NCBI GenBank assembly: GCA_016840035.1
Contig: JAEOTC010000055.1
Location: 1 to 42,251 of the forward strand
DNA: 42,251 nucleotides
From: Candidatus Hodarchaeota archaeon
GTDB taxonomy: Archaea > Asgardarchaeota > Heimdallarchaeia > Hodarchaeales > Hodarchaeaceae
Direction: 5' to 3'
Both the position numbers and the translations under genes were made by a program. Positions 26,617-35,698 of the stretch are shown here, one piece after another. Numbering within the stretch: position 1 is the stretch's first letter; each line of letters begins with the position of its first letter. Below the pieces are notes generated by a model that saw only the letters and a program-made list of their open reading frames with translations, made no database searches and had not been told where the DNA came from.

Positions 26617-29007
26617 TCAGGCTGTAGCCTTTTCAGAAACATGTTTTGCCTTATGATTCTTTTTAGCGATTCCAGCCATCCTAGTAACAACATCAGCGAA
26701 CTTCTTTCCTTCAGCAGCGGACATCCATTCAATGATAAAGCGTTCGTCATCAATTCCTTGCTTTTTCATCCAGCGTCGTATCTTTCGTTCACGTTTTATT
26801 GCAAAATCGTTACCAGAAATATAGTGACAATCCTGAGGATGGCATCCTGTCAACATAACTGAACCTGCTCCAAGCTCAAACGCGCGCTTTATGAAATCAA
26901 CGTCAATACGACCAGAGCACATGACTCGAACAACTCTAGAATTCGTAGGATACTGGATACGACTCGTACCTGCTAGATCAGCACCTCCGTACGAACACCA
27001 ATTGCATGCGAAGATCATAACCTTTTCATCTGCATTATCACGTAGCGCGATATCAACTTGTCGTAATATCATCGCATCTGTGAAGTTCGTCATCATGATG
27101 GCATCTTGAGGACAATCTGCCGCACAAGTACCACATCCTTTACATAGAACGGGAATTACATGTGCTGGGGTCTTTTTCTTTTTATCTACAGTAATAGCGT
27201 TGTAGGGACATCGAGTAGCACAAATTCCACATGAATTACATAACTCTGCATTGACCACAGCGTATAAGGGCTCTACAGAAAATTCCCCTTTGGTTAAAAC
27301 TCTAGTAACTCGTCCAGCAGCTGCACTTGCTTGAGTAACTGCCTCACGAATATCTTTAGGTGATTCAGCTCCTCCAGCAATGAAGATTCCATCAGTTGGT
27401 GTGTCAACTGGTCGTAATTTCGGATGTGATTCAATATAATAATCATGAGTGTCTTTTGCTACAGGGAAGGGAATATTAGAACTTGGCCCCTCCGCACCAA
27501 TGGACAAGACCACCATTTCGAATTCACGATCTACTAGCTTTCCAATACGTGTATCTTCAACAGAGACAATTAAATTATTGTTCGGACCAACCTGTTCAAC
27601 TTGAGAAGGTCGTCCACGAACGTATTTAACACCCTCACGTCGTGAGCGTGTATAAAGTTCTTCAAATCCTTTTCCAAATGCACGAATGTCTATAAAGAAC
27701 ACAGAAACCTCTACATCAGGCCAATGTTCTTTTATCAGAAGTGTATCTTTGATACTCTCCATACAGCAGTAATTAGAACAGTATGGATTATACCGTTGAT
27801 CCCGTGAACCGACACACTGAATGAATGCTACACTCTTTGGTCGCTTCAAATCACTGGGACGAACGAGATCACCTGAAGTCGGACCTGCGGCGTTTATTAA
27901 TCTTTCAAATTCAAAAGTAGTGACTACATTTGGATATCGGCCCCAGCCATATTCGGGAATCTTGGAAGCATCGAACATTTCAAAGCCAGTAGAGATAATG
28001 ATGGTACCTACTTTATATTTATAGGTTTTAACTCTATCTTCATAATTAATGGCTTCTTTCTCACATGTACCCTTGCATTTCCCACAAGCTAGCACATCTA
28101 ATCCAAGACAATTGTCTGTGTCAATAATATAACTAGCTGGAACAGCTTGTGGATAAGGAATGTATATAGCTTTTCTCCAACCCAAATTACCAGAATACTC
28201 ATCTATTACATTAACGGGACAAATGTCTACACAATCGTTACAGGCTGTACACAAGTCTTCCTCTACATATCGGGGTTGTTTAGTGACTTCTACTTCAAAG
28301 TTCCCTACGTATCCAGAGATTTTTGTGACTTCAGCATTAGCAATTAGTGAGATATTATCGTGATTTCCAACATCAGCCATTTTAGGACCAAGAATACAGA
28401 TACTACAGTCCATTGTAGGGAATGTTTTGTCAATCAGTGCCATATTTCCCCCGATAGTGGGACTTTTTTCAACCATAACTACCTTATAATCATCTGCTAG
28501 ATCTAATCCAGCCTGAATCCCAGCAACGCCTCCACCAACAATTAAAACTCGTTTTTCAACTGGAACTACTGTAGCTTCTGCGGGTTCAAGCATTGCGGCT
28601 TTTGCAATCGCCATTTCAGTTAGCTCCATGGCTTTAACCGTAGCTTCTTCCTTCTCATGAAGATGTACCCATGAACATTGTTCTCGAATATTAGCAACTT
28701 CTACGACTTCTGGATTCATCCCACTTCTTTTCATCAATTTTTTCCATGTTGGTCCATGGAGACGGGGAGAACATGCAGAGACGACAATTTTTTCGATTCC
28801 TTGCTCCTTGATAGCAGTTTCAATCTCAACTTGACCCGGGTCAGAACAGGTGTAAGTATTTACTTGCACAAGTTCAACATTAGGCAAATCTTTGACTTCT
28901 TCTGCGATTTTGTCAATGTCCACTGATCCAGCTATGTTCTTTCCGCATTTGCAAAGGAATACTCCTACCTTTACATCTTGCTCAACATTATCTACGCTTT
29001 CTGTCAT
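26617..29007 (-). CDS. hdrA: Heterodisulfide reductase subunit A fused to MvhD (FAD, multiple [4Fe-4S], [2Fe-2S])
   Basis: HdrA motifs: VGVFLCKCG, ACSPRLH, NIREQCSWVH, GGGVAG, DKTFPTMDCSICIL, FEFERL, QCVGSRD..YCSNYCCMESIK, HPKLRPV, and ferredoxin motifs. MvhD motifs: CNWCSYGGADLAG, RVMCSGR, GCHPQDCHY. Confidence 0.95.
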   Translation of the reverse strand: MTESVDNVEQDVKVGVFLCKCGKNIAGSVDIDKIAEEVKDLPNVELVQVNTYTCSDPGQVEIETAIKEQGIEKIVVSACSPRLHGPTWKKLMKRSGMNPEVVEVANIREQCSWVHLHEKEEATVKAMELTEMAIAKAAMLEPAEATVVPVEKRVLIVGGGVAGIQAGLDLADDYKVVMVEKSPTIGGNMALIDKTFPTMDCSICILGPKMADVGNHDNISLIANAEVTKISGYVGNFEVEVTKQPRYVEEDLCTACNDCVDICPVNVIDEYSGNLGWRKAIYIPYPQAVPASYIIDTDNCLGLDVLACGKCKGTCEKEAINYEDRVKTYKYKVGTIIISTGFEMFDASKIPEYGWGRYPNVVTTFEFERLINAAGPTSGDLVRPSDLKRPKSVAFIQCVGSRDQRYNPYCSNYCCMESIKDTLLIKEHWPDVEVSVFFIDIRAFGKGFEELYTRSRREGVKYVRGRPSQVEQVGPNNNLIVSVEDTRIGKLVDREFEMVVLSIGAEGPSSNIPFPVAKDTHDYYIESHPKLRPVDTPTDGIFIAGGAESPKDIREAVTQASAAAGRVTRVLTKGEFSVEPLYAVVNAELCNSCGICATRCPYNAITVDKKKKTPAHVIPVLCKGCGTCAADCPQDAIMMTNFTDAMILRQVDIALRDNADEKVMIFACNWCSYGGADLAGTSRIQYPTNSRVVRVMCSGRIDVDFIKRAFELGAGSVMLTGCHPQDCHYISGNDFAIKRERKIRRWMKKQGIDDERFIIEWMSAAEGKKFADVVTRMAGIAKKNHKAKHVSEKATA

Positions 29008-29009
29008 CG

Positions 29010-29879
29010 TTACTTTCTCCTACTTTGGGCAGTCTCTCTAAGTCGCTTGATTTTCTGTGTGAATCCTTCCCGTGGATTATTTACAAACTCCCCACATACA
29101 ATCCTCCGTTTTTCGTGAGAATATTCTGCTTCATGAGGAGGACAGTCTTTATCAATCACAACTTGCTCTCGAAGCCATTCTAACATCTTAACAGCATCAC
29201 CTAATTTATTTTTCCGTCCATATTGAGTGAAACAGGGAGCTAAAATTTCGATGAAACTGAAACCGGGATTGTCCATGGCTTTAAAGATACTTTCTCTTAA
29301 ACGGAGAGTATCATATCCAGGCCAACGGGCTACAAAAGAAGCTCCTGCAGCAGCAGCTAATGAAACTAAGTTAAATGGAGGTTCAATATTTCCATATGGA
29401 GAGGTTGATGTGAAGTCTCCAATAGAGGTTGTCGGGGCTAATTGTCCACCAGTCATTCCGTAAATACCATTGTTATTACACAGGACATTGATCTCAATAT
29501 TTCGTCGACATGCATGTACAAAGTGGTTTCCACCAATTGCAAAGAGATCTCCGTCTCCTGATAGTACGAAGACTTCAAGATCAGGATTTGCCAATTTTAA
29601 TCCTGTGGCAAATGGAATGGCCCGGCCATGAGTTGCATGGAAGGCAGGTGCTTTGAAACATCCACTAGTTCTACCTGTACATCCGATTCCTGACACTATT
29701 GCATAATCCTTTGGTGTTAATCCTCTTTCGACTAAGCAAGTAGTAATCGAGGTAATAGCTGTTCCAATTAGACACCCTGCACAGAAAATAAAGCGATTAA
29801 GATTTAATCGGCCATGTAAAGGATGTTCCTCTGGGTAATCAAGTTCTGGAGTACCCCATTCTTCTTCTGATGATGTCAT
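29010..29879 (-). CDS. korB: 2-oxoacid (probably 2-oxoglutarate):ferredoxin oxidoreductase beta subunit
   Basis: FCAGC, SGIGCTGR, HATHGRA, TPP motif GDGD...NNGIYGMTGGQ, and PC. ATGA overlap with korA. Confidence 0.9.
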   Translation of the reverse strand: MTSSEEEWGTPELDYPEEHPLHGRLNLNRFIFCAGCLIGTAITSITTCLVERGLTPKDYAIVSGIGCTGRTSGCFKAPAFHATHGRAIPFATGLKLANPDLEVFVLSGDGDLFAIGGNHFVHACRRNIEINVLCNNNGIYGMTGGQLAPTTSIGDFTSTSPYGNIEPPFNLVSLAAAAGASFVARWPGYDTLRLRESIFKAMDNPGFSFIEILAPCFTQYGRKNKLGDAVKMLEWLREQVVIDKDCPPHEAEYSHEKRRIVCGEFVNNPREGFTQKIKRLRETAQSRRK

Positions 29880-31039
29880 CTGTTAACCTCCTTCATTAGA
29901 TTTTCATAGATGAAACTCGGAGCAAACGGTATCGTAGTCGGCACCAGTAATCCTGAAACTGAAAAACCGAGATGTCTAAAGCGTTCAACTTCTCGGATGA
30001 GTTGACCATAATTCATCTCCGTAACAAGAACTTTCTTAACTCCCAACTTCCCTAGCCTCTCCATAAGTTCATCAGGGAATGGCCATAATGTTTTAAGTCT
30101 AACTAAGCCGACTTTGTGACCCTTTTTCCGAGCTTGTTCAACTGCTTCTGGATTACCACGTGCATTGATACCATATGAGAGAATGACTGTTTCCGCATCC
30201 TCAACGTATAATTCTTCCCAATCATTAATATCAGGCCGTGCTCTTCTTATTTTGTCACACAGGCGTTTTACTAGGGTAATTTCCGTTTCAGGGGTCATAT
30301 CGGGACTCCCAGTGATATCATGAGTTAATCCAGTGACATAGAAGTTGTAATCAGTTCCTGCTGTTGCCATTCCGGGAATTAAGTCATCGTCAATAATTTC
30401 AAAGGGTTGGTACTTATCAGGAGGGACTTGTGGTGGTTTTCTATTGATTACTTCAAAATTTGAATGATAAGAAACTGGTTCCATCATCTGTCCAACTATA
30501 CCATCCGAAGCAACTATAACGGGTGTTCGATACTTTTCGGCTAAATTAAATGCCCTAACTGAAAAATCATAACATTCCTGAACAGTAGAGGGAGCGAGTA
30601 CAATTGTTTCATAATCTCCATGGGAAAGATAACGAGTTTGCATCACATCAGATTGTGAGGCTTTTGTAGGTTGACCAGTACTTGGACCACCCCGCATTAC
30701 GGTAACTATGACTAATGGAGCTTCTAACATAAATCCTAATCCAACAGTTTCTGCCATTAAAGATAATCCAGGACCAGAAGTTGCGGTCATGGCTTTTGCT
30801 CCCGCATAAGAAGCACCGACGACAGCCACAATTGAGGCTAACTCATCTTCCATCTGGACAAATGAACCTCCTACTTGAGGTAATCGTCTTGACATATAAT
30901 GGGCTATTTCAGAAGAAGGGGTAATTGGATAACCTGCAAAAAAACGACAACCAACGGCAATAGCTCCTTCCGCAGATGCATAATTTCCTGTGGTTAATAT
31001 TAATTTTGATTTAGAAGATTTCTTACTTGCACTAGCCAT
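29876..31039 (-). CDS. korA: 2-oxoacid (probably 2-oxoglutarate):ferredoxin oxidoreductase alpha subunit
   Basis: FFAGYPITPSSE, QMEDE, TATSGPGLSLM, RGGPSTGQPT, SQSD, TGLTHD, EMNYGQ. Confidence 0.92.
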   Translation of the reverse strand: MASASKKSSKSKLILTTGNYASAEGAIAVGCRFFAGYPITPSSEIAHYMSRRLPQVGGSFVQMEDELASIVAVVGASYAGAKAMTATSGPGLSLMAETVGLGFMLEAPLVIVTVMRGGPSTGQPTKASQSDVMQTRYLSHGDYETIVLAPSTVQECYDFSVRAFNLAEKYRTPVIVASDGIVGQMMEPVSYHSNFEVINRKPPQVPPDKYQPFEIIDDDLIPGMATAGTDYNFYVTGLTHDITGSPDMTPETEITLVKRLCDKIRRARPDINDWEELYVEDAETVILSYGINARGNPEAVEQARKKGHKVGLVRLKTLWPFPDELMERLGKLGVKKVLVTEMNYGQLIREVERFRHLGFSVSGLLVPTTIPFAPSFIYENLMKEVNR

Positions 31040-31321
31040 TTAATCATCCTCCTGTGGTACGTCCCTTTCGATTACCATAATAGATACTGTGGGACAAATC
31101 CGTTCGCATTGCTTGCACCCCGTACATTTATCTAGTGCTATTACCTTAACATAATGGAGCATACGACTATTGAAATTGTCCATGTCAATCTCTAAGACAT
31201 CGCATGGACAAAATTCGACACATAATTCACACCCATCACAAATTTCTGAATAGACCTTAATCTTATACTCTTTATCCGCTCGTGGTGGATCGAGCATGGG
31301 CGTTCTTTTGGAATTCAACAT
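31040..31321 (-). CDS. korD: 2x[4Fe-4S] ferredoxin, oxidoreductase delta subunit
   Basis: CDGCELCVEFCP and CTGCKQCERICP; its stop codon abuts the korA ATG. Confidence 0.9.
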   Translation of the reverse strand: MLNSKRTPMLDPPRADKEYKIKVYSEICDGCELCVEFCPCDVLEIDMDNFNSRMLHYVKVIALDKCTGCKQCERICPTVSIMVIERDVPQEDD

Positions 31322-31606
31322 TTACTTTCCTCTTTGTGGTATTTGAATCGTCAATTCTAATCTACTTGGCGAATTATAAATCCTCTATTTTCATCTTAAT
31401 TGTAATCAAGATTTGATGATGAGGTTTTTAAATCTGTTTCTCGATCAAAGACATATGATAGATTATTCAGATATGAGGAATCTACACTATAATTATGCAT
31501 ATTTACATTATAACTACTTACTAATCTCCAAAATGTTTAAATTTCTCAACAAAGTCCTCTATCTGAAAGCGTTAAACATGCTTTGTAACAAAGGAATGAC
31601 TGATTT

Positions 31607-32170
31607 ATGAAAGTAAAATTCCGTTTTTCGGGTCGAGGAGGGCAGGGTATCAAATTTCTAGGTAGCGCTCTTGTCCGTGTCGCGATGGCCGCTAACCTAA
31701 ATGCAACTCTTACTGTCGATTATACCCCATCTGTCCGTGGTGGACCTATTTTTAGTGATGTTGTGATAAGTTCAGATCCAATAGCTTACCCTTATTGTGA
31801 AGCTGACGCTGATTACTTCATTGCTCTTGATTCAAAGGGTTTCGAACGTGCTGCGGAATGCATATGTGAAAATACAACCTCTTATATTGATGCAGACTCA
31901 ATTGATGAAACCGCAGAAAAAATTATCACAAAGGGGAAAATGCACAGAGTTCCCATTACACGTCGAGCCGATGAACAAAAGGTTACAGGAGCAGTTAATG
32001 TTTTATCGTTAGGTTTTCTATCAGAACATCTTAAAACTACTGAAAAACCAAATTTTACGGAAGATCAATACATTCAAGTATTCAATAGTATGAGAAATCC
32101 GGAAAATAATATCAAGACTTTCCAATTCGGAAAAGATCTCTACTCAGAGACTATTAGCAGTCCTTCTTAA
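31607..32170 (+). CDS. korC: 2-oxoacid:ferredoxin oxidoreductase gamma subunit
   Basis: RFSGRGGQGI, YTPSVRGG, DVVISSDPIAYP, NVLSLG. Divergent from korD. Confidence 0.88.
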   Translation: MKVKFRFSGRGGQGIKFLGSALVRVAMAANLNATLTVDYTPSVRGGPIFSDVVISSDPIAYPYCEADADYFIALDSKGFERAAECICENTTSYIDADSIDETAEKIITKGKMHRVPITRRADEQKVTGAVNVLSLGFLSEHLKTTEKPNFTEDQYIQVFNSMRNPENNIKTFQFGKDLYSETISSPS

Positions 32171-32177
32171 TTGCACT

Positions 32178-33218
32178 TCATCGTGATAGTGTCTCCACTA
32201 ATTCTTCTATATTGAATTTGTAATCTACCCATGTTCGATAATGCTTGAAACCTAATCTTTTATTAATTCCAAGCATTGGCTTGTTCACTGTAGCAGATTC
32301 AGTAGCAACGACCTCCACATCAGGAAATCTGTCTTTGCAATAAAACAACATTTCTGCTTTCAACATTTTCCCCAAACCTCGTCCCTGAAATTTTTCACTT
32401 ACTCCAGTTAATCCTTGGAATAAGATTGTGGGTCGATCTTTAAACAAAAATGTTTCAGTTAATCCGCTTAAGGAACCAGTTTTTTCACGAGAAATAATAG
32501 TTGTTCTTATTGTCTTTAGTTTAGCAAAACGATCTTCTGTTGCTCTTCTTACGGCTGGAGTTTCCTTAGCTTCCCATTCTAACTCCTCTTTAGGAACAAG
32601 ATTCAATGTTTCAGAGAACAACTCACAAAATTCTTCTATATCTTCTTCTGGAATACGTTCGAATCGTTCAAGCGTCACATCTGGAGCCTGTACTTGACCT
32701 GTAGATTTCCATTCAGATAACATATTCCAATCTATGTTTTTAAATTTAAGACGACTTTCTTCTTCAACTATTGCCTTTTTCCCACCAAGAGCGGAACAAA
32801 AGGCTTTTCCTGACTCTATTTGACTTCCTCCTTGGAGAACAGAACGATGGTTGTGTTTTAACCAAATAACAATCTCTTTCAAGAGTGCTTTGGCAACTCC
32901 CTTTCTTCGATATCCTTTTCGGGTGGTGAGATATGAAAATGCGATATGGGCATTTGACTCATAATTTGGATGATGATTCTCGTACACCGATAAATAGGCG
33001 GACCCAATGATTTCTTCTTTCCCTTTTAACGTGGCGATCCAGTATTTAACCGTAAATCTTGGACTAGGAAACTGGAGAGATCGTTTTTTTTCCTCTTTCG
33101 AAGGTACAGGATCATCTGGATGCTCTTCATAATGTTTTTCTTCCTCTAAAGCTAAGAAACTCCTCCATAGTGCTTCTGATGTACTCATGGGGTCAAAACG
33201 TTTAATTGTGTACTGCAA
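32178..33218 (-). CDS. Tandem GNAT N-acetyltransferase
   Basis: Two acetyl-CoA motifs (YRRKGVAKALL; FQGRGLGKMLK), TGV, and NKPMLGINKRLGF. Confidence 0.88.
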   Translation of the reverse strand: MQYTIKRFDPMSTSEALWRSFLALEEEKHYEEHPDDPVPSKEEKKRSLQFPSPRFTVKYWIATLKGKEEIIGSAYLSVYENHHPNYESNAHIAFSYLTTRKGYRRKGVAKALLKEIVIWLKHNHRSVLQGGSQIESGKAFCSALGGKKAIVEEESRLKFKNIDWNMLSEWKSTGQVQAPDVTLERFERIPEEDIEEFCELFSETLNLVPKEELEWEAKETPAVRRATEDRFAKLKTIRTTIISREKTGSLSGLTETFLFKDRPTILFQGLTGVSEKFQGRGLGKMLKAEMLFYCKDRFPDVEVVATESATVNKPMLGINKRLGFKHYRTWVDYKFNIEELVETLSR

Positions 33219-33251
33219 TCAAAACCTATCCTTGACTTTTCTTCTCTCTAA

Positions 33252-35399
33252 CTATTTAAGATAGACAGTGTTTTCCTTAACTCTGATGGCTGATTCTTCT
33301 GGTAAAGACGATAACCAATCCAGGAATTCGACCGTATTAGAGAAACCCATGTAATCTATGAATTCATCCTTAGTAATTTTGTCAATTCTTTTCGAAAGTT
33401 TCTCCAGTTTAACATCGAGATTTGCATTAGATCTCTCTTTCTTTTGAGATGATTGATCTTCAAGGATGATAACATCCTCTTCGGATATATCAATTATTTC
33501 TGATGAATCAATTGTAGTTGTTTCAATCAGTCTTGGTTGGTCGGTACTTACTTCAGGTTGTTCGTCATCAATATAAAAAGAATCATCTACACCAGAAAGT
33601 AGAAGTTTTGGTTTAGAGTCGTCTTCTCCCTGTGTTAATACAAAATTTGGATTATCTTCAACTGCAAGGACATTTGACATACGGAAATTATAGTAGTCAT
33701 AAAATTTGGATTGAACTTTCATCATTCGATCTAAATCGTTAAGAATTGCTTGTTTGTTTCCTTCTGCCACATCTATCCCAAAAATTTTCAACATCAATCC
33801 TTTTGGGGTTTCTAAAGCTGATATAAAGGGCATATTAAGGGCAAAATAACGGCCTTCATGCTCTATTTCTGAAGCTGTGATGAAGGGCATTTTAATGTTA
33901 AAATATTTAGCTTCTTTATCATCAGGTAAGTCACGTTTCACGTCAATAGCTTCTATTGATCCCATTTTGAATAACATTGATTTTCCTTCTTCGATAACTT
34001 TAATCCCTGGAAAATTAAACTCGGTTTTGGATTCACTGATATTAAGGTTATAGCTGTTTTTCATCATCTGTAAATTCGATTCAAGCTTATCTATCCCCAT
34101 AGAATTAAACTTCTCTTTATAGATTTGAAAGGAGGATTTGACATTGTCAACCAATTCCTCTTTTGATGTAATTCCTAGATTAAGCTTTGTGATGTCAAGA
34201 GAATTAAGATTCTCTGAATTCATCCGCTTTGAAAGCGCGGTCCACTCTTTTTTGGGCAATATAAAGGTTGCTTTATTCGTAGCTTCCTTTTTTATTCGAC
34301 CAAGAGTATCTTTCACATTTATAGTCAAATCTCCTATTGCTTCAACTGTAACAATGTCTTGAGAAGAAGTAATAGGGACTAGTATCGAATTTTTTCCTGC
34401 AGAGAGATTAGAAGAACCCTTTTTTATTAATGTAAGCGATTTTTTAGGCGTAAACACATCCTCAGCAACTTGGAATTCTGACTGATTCAACTTCTCAGCC
34501 ATTTCCCTTGTCTTTAAAATTGATTTACTGTATAATTTCTCCAGATAAGGAACTTCGTTATCTCGGATGACAAACAGTATTATTGAAGCTAAGAACAGGA
34601 AAGGAATAAACGAATTCCAAAACGGATCCTTAAATTCTTTAAAAATGAATTCAAACACTATTAAAGTTAATGTTGCACCAAATGTATGATCTCGAAAACT
34701 CGCAAGAGAATTCCGTCGTTGAATGAAATTTGAGAGAGGATTATACGAGTAGGGTAATAATGAAACAATCAGATAAGCTACTAATGCATAAAAAATCGTT
34801 TCTTCCCATATTTCACCAAAAACGGGTGTTTCTTGTTTTAGGATATCAAATGCTACTAGAAGATAAAGTGTAATTCCCATCACCCAGAAACCTCGAAATA
34901 GACTCTTAATAAATGCCTGGTATCCATCAAATCCATAGTTCTTCAACAAAGATATCTTAAAACTATTTAGGAATATTCCAAACAGCAATGTGATAATTAG
35001 AATAAATGATTCAAAATCTAAATAAGATTGTTCAAATGGAAGTAAATACTGGAAAAGGATTTCTTCTTTTCCTACGAAAAAACCAATCAATAGAGAGATA
35101 ATAAACAGTTTAATGGTAGACCCTAGAATATGAATATCTGCTTTTATTCTCTTTCTTTCTATATTGCTTAAGACCAAGAAAAAAATGGTAAAGAAAAAAG
35201 AAAGGGCACGAAACATCGGTTCGACTTTGAAGAAGATTGATGTACAGAACCAGAAGGCAAGGGATAACAAATAGGCTCTATCCAAAGGCCCGCGTGGTTC
35301 AAGAAAATCAGTTACGGCTTTAGTTGAATATCTATTGAGATATTGTGCAGTATCAAAACTTGGAATACTCATTTGATCGTATCCTGCAATATGTGTCAT
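33252..35399 (-). CDS. Hypothetical polytopic membrane protein with beta-repeat region, acidic linker and small C-terminal domain
   Basis: 715 aa; about 8 N-terminal TM helices, repeated MPFIxAxE-like units, D/E-rich linker. Confidence 0.75.
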   Translation of the reverse strand: MTHIAGYDQMSIPSFDTAQYLNRYSTKAVTDFLEPRGPLDRAYLLSLAFWFCTSIFFKVEPMFRALSFFFTIFFLVLSNIERKRIKADIHILGSTIKLFIISLLIGFFVGKEEILFQYLLPFEQSYLDFESFILIITLLFGIFLNSFKISLLKNYGFDGYQAFIKSLFRGFWVMGITLYLLVAFDILKQETPVFGEIWEETIFYALVAYLIVSLLPYSYNPLSNFIQRRNSLASFRDHTFGATLTLIVFEFIFKEFKDPFWNSFIPFLFLASIILFVIRDNEVPYLEKLYSKSILKTREMAEKLNQSEFQVAEDVFTPKKSLTLIKKGSSNLSAGKNSILVPITSSQDIVTVEAIGDLTINVKDTLGRIKKEATNKATFILPKKEWTALSKRMNSENLNSLDITKLNLGITSKEELVDNVKSSFQIYKEKFNSMGIDKLESNLQMMKNSYNLNISESKTEFNFPGIKVIEEGKSMLFKMGSIEAIDVKRDLPDDKEAKYFNIKMPFITASEIEHEGRYFALNMPFISALETPKGLMLKIFGIDVAEGNKQAILNDLDRMMKVQSKFYDYYNFRMSNVLAVEDNPNFVLTQGEDDSKPKLLLSGVDDSFYIDDEQPEVSTDQPRLIETTTIDSSEIIDISEEDVIILEDQSSQKKERSNANLDVKLEKLSKRIDKITKDEFIDYMGFSNTVEFLDWLSSLPEESAIRVKENTVYLK

Positions 35400-35698
35400 T
35401 TATTTTAGACTGTAGAATACTTACAGTTATATTGAAGTATCCTATTCATATTTCGTCCAAAGTCAAAAACTTGCTAATAATCTTTTTTAGTCTGGCAAAA
35501 TATGATTTTAAGAGAATATGGATAGCTTTTCTAGTTCTTTCAAGGAATGTCTGATTCTTGGGTCATATTTCCTCTGGCTTTACCAATAAAAAAACTGCAG
35601 TTTTCTAATTCCTTTTAAATTCCATCGTTGTATTCTCTTAAGCAAGATAGAATTAGTATTACGAGAGACTGTATTGGAATTCCTGTAAAGTGAAATAA

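Noticed and set aside
26617-29007. Selenocysteine recoding in HdrA/MvhD, known in some methanogens and Asgard archaea
   Set aside because: The ORF is uninterrupted and the relevant motifs (DCSIC, CNWC, GCHPQDCHY) all have Cys; there is no in-frame TGA.
31413-31610. 65-aa ORF in the korD-korC spacer, and similar short ORFs at 15125, 26575 and 35345
   Set aside because: They are low-complexity AT-rich translations over probable promoter or terminator regions, with no RBS or motifs.
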